A stretch of DNA of 64,000 nt from Nitrospirota bacterium (GTDB taxonomy: Bacteria; Nitrospirota; UBA9217): positions 9,483 to 73,482 of the forward strand of contig JAYTJE010000079.1 in the NCBI GenBank assembly GCA_043731355.1. Direction: 5' to 3'. The notes under the pieces were generated by a model. That model ran no database searches. It was not told the DNA's origin and was given only the letters and a program-made list of their open reading frames with translations. The position numbers and the translations under genes were made by a program. Of the stretch, positions 56,284-64,000 are shown one piece after another; within the stretch, counting starts at the first letter, position 1; every line of letters starts with the position of its first letter.

Positions 56284-56955
56284 CTATTTTTTACCCGGTA
56301 TCTTCTGTCCCAATCCATCAAAGAAAACCCCGGTCACAAAAGCGGCGAAGTGATCAATAGTCAGGTCCAGCTTCTTTCCGGTAACGTATTCAGCTATGGG
56401 ACGGTTAATGAAGCTCTGGATGACCATGCCGGTCAGGACCGAGATCGCGGTGGTCAAATCGACTTTTTTAAGTTCGCCCTTTTTTATGCCGTGCTTAAGG
56501 ATCTTGGCAAGATGTGCATGGCTGTGATGGAAAAAGTTATCCGCGAGCCACTTGAGGTTCTTGCCGCAGCAGGCGAATTCCATGGAAATGATCCTGCGGA
56601 TTTCCTCGTTGTTCTGCTGGAAGCGGATCATTTCTTCAACATACTTCTGTATCTTTTTACGGGCCGGCGCGTCCGTGGTGAAGAGCTCATGCTCCCAGAT
56701 GCGGTTGAACTCTTCAAAGGAATCGGCCAGAACTGCCCGGTACATCTCGACCTTGTCCGTAAAATGATAGTAGATCATGGCGTTGTTCACGCCCGCGGCT
56801 TCCGCCACCTCACGGACCGTTGCGCCCTCCAGGCCGCGCTGGGCAAAGAGACTGCGTGCAGCGTCAATGATCGACGAGCGTGTGCAGCACGCGGCCTGTT
56901 TTGATGCCGGGCGGCGTCCTGCTGTTTTTCTCTTTGGGGTCGTTTTTGTCGGCAT
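56284..56955 (-). CDS. TetR/AcrR-family transcriptional regulator
   Basis: Helix-turn-helix 'ATVREVAEAAGVNNAMIYYHF'. It is the first gene of the efflux operon. Confidence 0.85.
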   Translation of the reverse strand: MPTKTTPKRKTAGRRPASKQAACCTRSSIIDAARSLFAQRGLEGATVREVAEAAGVNNAMIYYHFTDKVEMYRAVLADSFEEFNRIWEHELFTTDAPARKKIQKYVEEMIRFQQNNEEIRRIISMEFACCGKNLKWLADNFFHHSHAHLAKILKHGIKKGELKKVDLTTAISVLTGMVIQSFINRPIAEYVTGKKLDLTIDHFAAFVTGVFFDGLGQKIPGKK

Positions 56956-57036
56956 GATTCTATTTAACTAACTGCTTAATTAATTGAAGCCGCATGATAC
57001 TGTGGGGAGGGTTTGTTGTCAAGAAAAAATTAGCGG

Positions 57037-57708
57037 TTAGTGTGCAGAAAGATGCATAGCCACAGCGTCAAAGGACCGGTAGCGATAGCCGATGGTCCCG
57101 ATGATCGGAACACCCGAGATTTCCTGTATGACGGCCGGACTGGTGGCCTCTGCGAGTCCCTTTCGCCCCTCTTGCCCGTCATTGATAACGACGCCGGCGA
57201 TAGTGATCCCCCGGTTTCGGAGCGCTTCGATCGTCAGGAGCGTATGGTTGATCGTCCCGAGGCCCGGCCGTGCGACGATCACCACCGGCAGGCCCATTGC
57301 TTCCGCCAGATCGAGGAAAAGATAGCCCTCTGCAAGCGGGACCATGATACCTCCTGCGCCTTCAACGATCATGAACTCGTGACGTTGAGATAGCGTTTTG
57401 AACGATTTGAGGATTTTCTCGGGATCGATCGGCTTCCGTTCAATTGCCGATGCCACAGAAGGCGCAACAGGAGATCTGAAGCGATAGGGATTGACCAGGG
57501 ACAGCGAATCGCGGACCGCGGCTGCGCGGACGAGAGCTGCCGCGTCGCGTGGTATGAGTTTGCCTGAACGCGATCCACAGCCGGTTTCCGCGGGCTTCAT
57601 GACACCTACTGCAACACCTGCTGAACGCAAGGCCTTTGCTATGCCGGTAGCGACATAGGTCTTTCCCACGCCAGTATCGGTCCCGGTGATAAATACGCCT
57701 TTAATCAT
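57037..57708 (-). CDS. bioD: Dethiobiotin synthetase
   Basis: 'GTDTGVGKT' P-loop. 223 aa. Confidence 0.85.
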   Translation of the reverse strand: MIKGVFITGTDTGVGKTYVATGIAKALRSAGVAVGVMKPAETGCGSRSGKLIPRDAAALVRAAAVRDSLSLVNPYRFRSPVAPSVASAIERKPIDPEKILKSFKTLSQRHEFMIVEGAGGIMVPLAEGYLFLDLAEAMGLPVVIVARPGLGTINHTLLTIEALRNRGITIAGVVINDGQEGRKGLAEATSPAVIQEISGVPIIGTIGYRYRSFDAVAMHLSAH

Positions 57709-57812
57709 TTGAGTAAGCCCTTACGTATAACAAATCGAAACCTTTCTCTTGGCGCGCTGCCATTGACGCGTCGCTGTGGTTGGTTGAAAGACACTGTGTC
57801 GGGAGAGATATC

Positions 57813-57840
57813 TTGACAAAAATTCGGCTCCACGTATAAT
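57813..57840 (+). promoter_or_regulatory. Consensus sigma-70 promoter (TTGACA-16-TATAAT) driving the small plus-strand ORF
   Basis: TTGACA at 57813-57818 and TATAAT at 57835-57840. An AAGGAG ribosome-binding site lies 9 nt before the ATG at 57874. Confidence 0.55.
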
Positions 57841-57873
57841 ATTCAAGCATCCATAAAGAAGGAGATTGGAATC

Positions 57874-58179
57874 ATGGAGATTACCGAGAATAAATTAAGA
57901 GAAATCCTTACTGAACAGCGAACTGAATTTCAGCATGTCGTCGGTATCTTTAAGGAAGATCTCGGATCAAAGATCAATCTCATTGCCGAGCAATACCAGG
58001 AAATAAAAACAACTCAAAAGATACAGACCGAAATGATCGGGTCCCTGATGGAGGACGTACAAATTATCAAGTCCGACGTTCAGTTTCTTAAAGTCGAGCT
58101 GAAAAGAAAAGTAGATTACGATGAATTCGACGCTCTCACTAAACGTGTTTCATTGCTCAAAGCAAAAAGCGGAAAATAA
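57874..58179 (+). CDS. Small coiled-coil protein of unknown function (101 aa), AT-rich, antisense to the biotin operon
   Basis: Strong promoter and ribosome-binding site, with a heptad-rich sequence. Confidence 0.5.
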   Translation: MEITENKLREILTEQRTEFQHVVGIFKEDLGSKINLIAEQYQEIKTTQKIQTEMIGSLMEDVQIIKSDVQFLKVELKRKVDYDEFDALTKRVSLLKAKSGK

Positions 58180-58196
58180 ACTCTAATCCGCTCCTG

Positions 58197-58493
58197 TTAT
58201 TGTTCGGGCTCTTCTTTCCCCATCTCTCGCCAGAGACGCAAGGTCTGCCTATCACCCGATTCGGCCAAACCACTTTCCAGCAGAAAGGCGAAAGCGCTGT
58301 CAGCTAAATTTTGCATCAGTTCGAGATACTCGTCCTGAGCAGCTTCGAAGGGCTTCGCGGTCTGTCCTTCTCTGTAGGCTGCGACGCTCAATTGAGGTAA
58401 AGCTAAAACTTCCGGACACCCTTCCAGACAGGGGAAATCACTTCCCTTAAGCGGCAGCTTATCAGTAAGGGTGAGCTTGGTCGTGACCGACAT
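58197..58493 (-). CDS. Hypothetical protein (98 aa) within the biotin cluster
   Basis: ORF only, with no recognisable motifs. It may be overlapped by the antisense transcript from the 57813 promoter. Confidence 0.3.
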   Translation of the reverse strand: MSVTTKLTLTDKLPLKGSDFPCLEGCPEVLALPQLSVAAYREGQTAKPFEAAQDEYLELMQNLADSAFAFLLESGLAESGDRQTLRLWREMGKEEPEQ

Positions 58494-58541
58494 TGCGGGT
58501 TTTCCTGCTGCATTTCATTAGTTCAAATTTTCGCATTCTCA

Positions 58542-58561
58542 CGGCGCGAAGCGCCGCTTTT
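58542..58561 (+). terminator. Short GC hairpin plus a T-tract (possible plus-strand terminator)
   Basis: CGGCGC-GAA-GCGCCG followed by CTTTT. Confidence 0.3.
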
Positions 58562-58668
58562 GGCGAGTCGTCGAGCCGAAGGTTGAACAAGTCATTATAG
58601 GTCCGAAATACAGTAGCATGGATTGTAGAGGTGGTCAATGCATTTACGATAGAAAGGCTGTCCTGAAA

Positions 58669-59409
58669 CTAAATCACCCTGCTGTCCAGATTGAACACCT
58701 GTCCGGATACATTGCGCATGAGCGAAAGGTGGTAGATAAAATCAGCGGTTTCTTGCGGGTCGGAGAACCTGCCGAGCGTATGCTCGCGTAGTATACGATC
58801 GTGTATCGCACCAGATATTGCAATTCCCATATCCGTCGGAAGATAGCCGGGCAGAACAGCGTTCACCTTGATGTTCTGAGCGCCGAGTTCCATTGCGCAG
58901 GACTTTGTCAGGCCGATAAGGCCTGCCTTGGATGCGGAATAGTTCGCCTGCCCTTCCCTGCCTTGCAGCCCAACAATGGACGCAATATTAATGATATGAC
59001 CGCCTGCTTTATTGTTGATGTGCGGCGCCGCTTCCCGGATACAGTGAAATACTCCGGTAAGGTTCGTCTCGACAACCCGGTCCCACTGTTCTTCCGACAT
59101 GCGAAGCAGCAGCCCGTCCTGGGCCACGCCTGCATTGTTCACGAGCACATCAACGGCTCCCCATTGTTTGAGCGTTTGCTCCACCATGGCTGTGACGTCC
59201 TGGGAGACCCGCACATCCGCTTTGATAATGCAGGCCTCGCCCCCCAGGGACCTGATCTCGTCACCGACCGCGTTGGCGGCCCGTTCGTTCTCGCGAAAGG
59301 CCACGACAACGCGGCATCCTGCTCTGCCAAAGGTCAGGGCGATGGCTTTCCCGAGTCCTCGAGAAGCGCCGGTAACGATAATGACCCGCTTGTCAATTGG
59401 CAGGGTCAT
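58669..59409 (-). CDS. SDR-family oxidoreductase (FabG-like 3-oxoacyl-ACP reductase)
   Basis: 'TGASRGLGKAIA' Rossmann motif and catalytic 'YSASKAG'. Confidence 0.85.
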   Translation of the reverse strand: MTLPIDKRVIIVTGASRGLGKAIALTFGRAGCRVVVAFRENERAANAVGDEIRSLGGEACIIKADVRVSQDVTAMVEQTLKQWGAVDVLVNNAGVAQDGLLLRMSEEQWDRVVETNLTGVFHCIREAAPHINNKAGGHIINIASIVGLQGREGQANYSASKAGLIGLTKSCAMELGAQNIKVNAVLPGYLPTDMGIAISGAIHDRILREHTLGRFSDPQETADFIYHLSLMRNVSGQVFNLDSRVI

Positions 59410-60566
59410 CCGGTGAACCCCTTCTGTTTCAGTTCGGCAAAAGCTGCCAGAGCAGCATCTATGTCAGCGGTGGAATGCGCGGCAGTTACCGTTGTCCTGA
59501 TCCGGGCCGCGCCTTCCGCCACGGTCGGCGGCCGTATGGCGGTTGCGAACACTTTGGAATCAAGAAGCGATGAAGAGGCCTGCATCGCTTTTTCAGAGGC
59601 TCCGATCATGATCGGAATGATCGGGGTTTCCGAGTCACGGGTATCGATGCCCATGGTTTTCAAGCCCTGGACGAACCGGGTCCTGTTCACCCAGAGCTTG
59701 TTTCTGCGCTCCGGTTCCTGCTCGACAATGTCGAGTGCCGCGAGAGACGCCGCGCAGACCGCGGGCGGCAAGGCAGTGCTGAAGATAAAACTGCGCGCGC
59801 TGTTCAGCAGGAAATCGATCAGGGTCTTGTCGCCCGAGATATATGCTCCAAAGGAGCCAAGCGCTTTGCCGAGTGTGCCCATCTGGATCGCGACACGGCC
59901 TTTGAGACCGAAATGCTCCACCGTCCCTCGACCTCCGGGACCAAGCACGCCGGTGGCATGGGCATCGTCCACCATCAGCATTGCATCATAGCGCTCGGCA
60001 AGCAGCACCAGGTCCGGCAGCGGGGCAATATCACCGTCCATGCTGAAAACGCCGTCTGTTACGATCAGCCTGCGGCGGGCAGGTGCGCTCTTTTTGAGAA
60101 GCTCTTCAAGATGATCAGCGTCCCGGTGCCGGTAAACATGCACCCGCGCCTTGCTCAGACGGCATCCGTCGATGATGCTGGCGTGATTCAGGCGGTCGCT
60201 CAGGATCACGTCGCCGGTTGTCGCCACGGCCGAAATGACGCCCGTGTTCGCGGCATAGCCTGAATTGAACAGGAGCGCGGCTTCTGTTCCTTTAAATTTC
60301 GCCAAACGTTCTTCCAACTGGCAATGGAGCGGCCCCGTGCCTGAAACGAGCCGGGAGGCGCCTGATCCAAAACCGTATTGCTCCATGGCAGCGGTTGCCG
60401 CCTGTTTTAATGCGGAGTGATTGGCGAGGCCGAGGTAGTCGTTTGAGCACATGAGGAGAACGCGCTGGTCATTGATGATCACATGAGCGCCGTCATCAGG
60501 ATTGGCAATCACAAGCCGTCTGCGAAGACCCTGCTGATCTATGTACGAAAGTTCCGGTTCAAACAT
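59406..60566 (-). CDS. bioF: 8-amino-7-oxononanoate synthase
   Basis: PLP-dependent class-II aminotransferase fold, 'SNDYLGL' and 'FSTAL'. 386 aa. Confidence 0.85.
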   Translation of the reverse strand: MFEPELSYIDQQGLRRRLVIANPDDGAHVIINDQRVLLMCSNDYLGLANHSALKQAATAAMEQYGFGSGASRLVSGTGPLHCQLEERLAKFKGTEAALLFNSGYAANTGVISAVATTGDVILSDRLNHASIIDGCRLSKARVHVYRHRDADHLEELLKKSAPARRRLIVTDGVFSMDGDIAPLPDLVLLAERYDAMLMVDDAHATGVLGPGGRGTVEHFGLKGRVAIQMGTLGKALGSFGAYISGDKTLIDFLLNSARSFIFSTALPPAVCAASLAALDIVEQEPERRNKLWVNRTRFVQGLKTMGIDTRDSETPIIPIMIGASEKAMQASSSLLDSKVFATAIRPPTVAEGAARIRTTVTAAHSTADIDAALAAFAELKQKGFTG

Positions 60567-61392
60567 GCGTATTCACACTCTTACGAATAAAAAGTTCCGG
60601 ATCCATGGACGCTGAACAGATGCCGACCCTGTCAATCAGCACACTCGATTTTTCAAGATAAAGAGTCAAGGCGTCCAGGCCAGGCTGCTCATGGTTCACA
60701 AAAAAAGCCCTTCCACCATGCATGTCGCCCTTTTGTTTCAAAAAAGGAAAACGCACATAGCCAAGGCCCGGCGCGGCAACATACCCGGCACTATAATCAG
60801 GTTCATCGGACCAGCAGAGCTCAGCCACCATTCCCGGCGCATGGGCCACTTTGGTCGCGAGAGCAAGCGCCTCCGTTGTCCGGTGATGGGTAAGCCCCAG
60901 AGCAGTGAGTTGCCGCATCGCGCTTTGCAGGGCTTCCCCGGTCCAATCGAACCGGGAGGCACGGATACCGCGCTCCTGGTCAGGTTCAAGCCGTTCTCCG
61001 GTCTCCGCATCCATGATCATGGCGCCGCGCATGTTCGCGCCCGAAGGTGCTGCGCCTGTGCTGATGAGTTTCAGAGCAACAGCAATGGCCTGGTCTGAAA
61101 CCCCTGCGAGATGAAGGACCCGGGCGGCATACTCCCTTCCGGATCGATGATCGGGTGCTTCCAGGGTTGTAACCTCAAGGCTGGTGAGGTATCCGATCGA
61201 AGCAGGGTCAAGGACATCGACGCTCACGACGATCCGGGCCGGCTCGCATTCCCGGTCCCGCGCCCGTGCAACGAGTTCGCGCACCGTCGCATCGATCCGG
61301 TCGTGTGAAACGATCCGCTCTGCGCCGGAAATATGGCGTTCCCGCAACGAGGCGCGCATACGGATGCTGTACAGGCTGTTCTGGTTGTTCAT
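60559..61392 (-). CDS. bioW: 6-carboxyhexanoate-CoA ligase (pimeloyl-CoA synthetase)
   Basis: 'YSIRMRAS...HISGAERI' and 'EALALATKVAHAPGMVAELCWSDEPDYSAGYVA' track the B. subtilis BioW sequence as I recall it. Confidence 0.8.
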   Translation of the reverse strand: MNNQNSLYSIRMRASLRERHISGAERIVSHDRIDATVRELVARARDRECEPARIVVSVDVLDPASIGYLTSLEVTTLEAPDHRSGREYAARVLHLAGVSDQAIAVALKLISTGAAPSGANMRGAMIMDAETGERLEPDQERGIRASRFDWTGEALQSAMRQLTALGLTHHRTTEALALATKVAHAPGMVAELCWSDEPDYSAGYVAAPGLGYVRFPFLKQKGDMHGGRAFFVNHEQPGLDALTLYLEKSSVLIDRVGICSASMDPELFIRKSVNTHV

Positions 61393-61396
61393 GGGG

Positions 61397-62380
61397 TCAG
61401 GGATGCAGTCCGAGGTCTTTAAGCATTTGCAGATCGTCAGCGGGGTCCAGGCCGGTTGTGGTGAGGTAATTGCCGATCAGAAAACCATCAGCTCCGGCCA
61501 GGAATATAAGCGGATGAAGCGATCGCAAAGCCGTTCCCCTGCCTGCGCAGATGCGTATCTGTTTGGCAGGCAGCAGCAGCCTGAACAAGGCGATAGAAAG
61601 GAGCGCCTCCCTGGGCGTAATGGCCGTGACCTTCTCCATCGGCGTGCCCACGATCGGCATGAGGAAGTTAAGCGGCACGGAATCCACATCAGCCTCCCTG
61701 AGTGCCAGCGCCATTCTGATCCGGTCCTCCATGGTCTCGCCCATGCCGAGTATGCCGCCGCTGCAGAGGGACAGTCCTAACGCGCGCCCCTGCTGGAGGA
61801 GCTCGATCCGTTCGTCAAAGGTATGGCTGGTGCAGATGCGAGGAAAAAACTCGCGTGAGGTCTCGATATTGTGATGGTAGCGGTGCAAACCAGCGCTTTT
61901 CAGATACGCGAGCTGCTGTTTTGACAGTGTGCCGAGCGTGGCGCAGGGTGAAAGGCCGGCATCACGCACCCGTCCGATGCCCAGAGCGATGTTTTTGAGG
62001 TCCTCGTCCGTATCTATCCCGCGGCCGCTTGTGACAATGCAGAAGCGCTTGGCGCCGTTTTTCTTTGCGCTCTCCGCGGCTTTGCCCATCTGGTCAACGG
62101 AGATGAGCGGATAGACCGGAGCGTCCGTGGAATGATGCGATGATTGAGCGCAGAAAGAGCAGTTCTCGCCGCAGGCTCCGGATTTGGCGTTCACAATAGA
62201 ACAGATGTCAACGTCGTCGCCATGAAAGCGTTCGCGCACCCGGGTGGCTGTTGCGAAAAGGTCCGCGAGATCCCCGCTTGAGGCCTGGGAAAGCGTCACC
62301 GCATCATGATAGTCGACGGATTCTGCTTTTAATGCCACGGCTCCCGCACGGGCAAGGGTTTCTTTGAAGGAAGTTTCCAT
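61397..62380 (-). CDS. bioB: Biotin synthase
   Basis: Radical-SAM motif 'CGENCSFCAQS' and the downstream Fe-S Cys residues. Confidence 0.9.
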   Translation of the reverse strand: METSFKETLARAGAVALKAESVDYHDAVTLSQASSGDLADLFATATRVRERFHGDDVDICSIVNAKSGACGENCSFCAQSSHHSTDAPVYPLISVDQMGKAAESAKKNGAKRFCIVTSGRGIDTDEDLKNIALGIGRVRDAGLSPCATLGTLSKQQLAYLKSAGLHRYHHNIETSREFFPRICTSHTFDERIELLQQGRALGLSLCSGGILGMGETMEDRIRMALALREADVDSVPLNFLMPIVGTPMEKVTAITPREALLSIALFRLLLPAKQIRICAGRGTALRSLHPLIFLAGADGFLIGNYLTTTGLDPADDLQMLKDLGLHP

Positions 62381-62408
62381 GGAAGGGTTTTACCTTAATG
62401 AAGGGTCA

Positions 62409-62441
62409 TTGTCAACCGAAATGTGGAAAACAGGTTGACAA
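62409..62441. promoter_or_regulatory. BirA operator (bioO): TTGTCAACC-N15-GGTTGACAA
   Basis: Perfect 9-bp inverted repeat 29 nt upstream of the bioB ATG. It matches the bacterial BirA-box consensus TTGTAAACC-N14/15-GGTTTACAA. Confidence 0.65.
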
Positions 62442-62506
62442 GAGGGAAAGGCAGGAGATAAGGCAGGTGTTTAGGCTGAAGACTGAAGGGTAATACTACT
62501 TCAACT

Positions 62507-63361
62507 TCAGCCTTCAGCCTTCCCACCTTCTACCTGCCTAATATTAATCCCCTGCTTGCAGACCGGCTCTTTATTCGCGATGCGCCGCTTGAGGATGGCA
62601 AGATTGTGCTGATATTTCGTATTGTCAAAGCTCCAGGACGATTTATGCCAGAGGTGAAAAATAATGGCCAGTCCCCGCACGGAGCGCAAACGCTTTCCCT
62701 GATTCAGCGCGCGGATGCCGATATCATTATCTTCGATGGAGCCGTCGAGGAACTCTTCATCACATCCGTTGATGGCGATAAACAGCTCTTTGTACAGGCT
62801 GAAGTTGCATCCCCATACCCCGTCATTGTAGATCCGGTCCCGATGCATTGCCTGCCTGAACCAGGGATTCTTTATCTGGATCGATTCAGCGACCCTGCGC
62901 GACTGTTTTCTGGCGGAGTCCCACAAAAGGCGGAAATTGAAACGGTCCATGACTTTTCCGCGTTCCAGCAGTTTTGCAGTAAGGTGTTCCCCGATCTCGA
63001 CGCGTTTGCCGCTCAAGACCTTATCCGGATCGCTGTAATCGCGGTGGGCTTTGACAAAATGGCGGTGGGCCATGCAGTCGCCGTCAATGAAGATCAGATA
63101 GTCGCCCGTGGCCTGGCGGACCGTTTCATTCAGGATCCGGGGTTTTCTGAAGCCGATATCTTCCTGCCACACGTGCTTGATGGGGAAACGATCTTTGAGC
63201 GAGGCCTGGAGTTCATGCACCATGTCCCTCGTCTCCTGGCCGCTGCCGTCGTCGGCAATCAGCACTTCCGTGGGCAGAACGCTCTGTTTGGCAAGGCTCA
63301 AGAGACAAAGTTTCAGCGCCTTGGGGCGGTTATAGGTCGGTACGATAACAGATATGTTCAT
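62507..63361 (-). CDS. Family-2 glycosyltransferase
   Basis: 'MNISVIVPTYNRP' and 'DDGS' ... 'DGD' motifs. The track ORF starts earlier, at 63439. Confidence 0.8.
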   Translation of the reverse strand: MNISVIVPTYNRPKALKLCLLSLAKQSVLPTEVLIADDGSGQETRDMVHELQASLKDRFPIKHVWQEDIGFRKPRILNETVRQATGDYLIFIDGDCMAHRHFVKAHRDYSDPDKVLSGKRVEIGEHLTAKLLERGKVMDRFNFRLLWDSARKQSRRVAESIQIKNPWFRQAMHRDRIYNDGVWGCNFSLYKELFIAINGCDEEFLDGSIEDNDIGIRALNQGKRLRSVRGLAIIFHLWHKSSWSFDNTKYQHNLAILKRRIANKEPVCKQGINIRQVEGGKAEG

Positions 63362-63544
63362 CAGGGTCTCCCGGTTCACGTGTGCGCTAAAAGCGCATAT
63401 ATCCGCTTCTCCGCTGAACAGCAGGGCCATTTTACCCATAGTATCCGGAAAGTCAAGACGTTTGGATGCCGGAGCAAGAGCGGAAAACGGTTTATTCCAA
63501 CAAAAGCATTTACATTTATAGCCATGCTATCCTATAATCTGCTT

Positions 63545-64000
63545 ATGTACATAATGCGCAATTTATATATACTCGCTTTTCTGGCAATCCTTTCCTGCTC
63601 CAACGCCATCCTCCTTCCCGCGAGCGTTCTTGCAACACCCGACTATGCAAAACAGACGGGTTTTGAATGCGCCACGTGCCATGTCGATGCTGTCGGCGGA
63701 GGGAAGCTCTCGCCAACGGGAGAGCAGTTTCTGTCGGACCTGAAGACAAAGGGCCGCTATCGCCAGTTGACGACCACGCAGCGCACGGTACGGCTTTTCA
63801 TCGGCTATTTCCACCTGCTGGCGGCCATTGTCTGGTTCGGGACCATCATCTACGTCCACGTTCTGCTTAAGCCCGCCTATGCTTCAAAAGGCCTGCCCAA
63901 GGGTGAGCTCCGGCTCGGCATGCTGTCCATGATCGTCATCCTCGTGACCGGTATCCTGCTGACCATTGCGCGCATGCCGAATCTTGATTCCTTTTACACC
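63545..64000 (+). CDS. Putative membrane-bound c-type cytochrome (N-terminal fragment; the ORF runs off the window end)
   Basis: Translation gives a signal peptide, heme motif 'CATCH', and two TM helices. It is absent from the ORF track because it has no stop within the window. Confidence 0.45.
   Translation, partial: MYIMRNLYILAFLAILSCSNAILLPASVLATPDYAKQTGFECATCHVDAVGGGKLSPTGEQFLSDLKTKGRYRQLTTTQRTVRLFIGYFHLLAAIVWFGTIIYVHVLLKPAYASKGLPKGELRLGMLSMIVILVTGILLTIARMPNLDSFYT

Noticed and set aside
62468-62517. An imperfect roughly 15-bp hairpin, GGCTGAAGACTGAAG...CTTCAGCCTTCAGCC, overlapping the GT2 gene stop.
   Set aside because: It lacks a flanking U-tract on either strand. It may merely reflect the Ala-Glu-Gly codon repeat at the protein C-terminus.
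1-64000. CRISPR arrays, rRNA genes, integrase or transposase genes, and IS-element terminal repeats.
   Set aside because: None was found. No run of regularly spaced repeats of 24-40 nt and no recombinase-like ORF was seen. The AT-rich island at 26.5-34 kb has no flanking tRNA, direct repeats or integrase within the window.

Overview
This window looks like a chromosomal segment from a GC-rich (about 58-62%) anaerobic Gram-negative bacterium, deltaproteobacterial or Nitrospirae-like by gene content. That lineage guess rests on gene content alone.

Housekeeping content, in order:
- An ABC-2 transporter operon.
- A type IV pilin gene with a sigma-54-type promoter.
- lipA-lon.
- A periplasmic formate dehydrogenase operon, fdnGHI. 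The alpha subunit carries an in-frame UGA (selenocysteine, coordinates 10261-10263) that splits it into two ORFs in the supplied track.
- htpX and a tandem universal stress protein (usp) gene.
- tRNA-Gly(GCC) and tRNA-Cys(GCA) directly upstream of dnaE.
- A PAS histidine kinase.
- mltD.
- rel/spoT-ridA, recJ, tatA, mobA.
- A periplasmic thioredoxin / Met-rich / NosL-like / DUF2318 metal-handling cluster.
- A MacAB-TolC-type efflux operon.
- A cation diffusion facilitator (CDF) gene.
- mqnA.
- A TetR-regulated OMP + RND pump with no adaptor gene.
- A BioW-type biotin operon, bioB-bioW-bioF-...-bioD, with a BirA operator upstream of bioB. bioA is not in the window.

The most unusual segment is an AT-rich island of about 7.5 kb at roughly 26.5-34.0 kb, which looks horizontally acquired and may be one minus-strand transcription unit. 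It contains:
- A MmeI-like type IIG restriction-modification fusion enzyme, with an in-frame cluster of three G/C hairpins inside the gene.
- An uncharacterised 818-aa protein with a PD-(D/E)xK-like motif and a C-terminal SEC-C metal-binding motif.
- A membrane-anchored Mrr-family nuclease fused to a topoisomerase-type C4 zinc ribbon.
- A membrane protein.
- A RelE/ParE-like toxin gene interrupted by a premature TGA.

I take this island to be the candidate new defence system. No rRNA, CRISPR array, integrase or transposase was seen.
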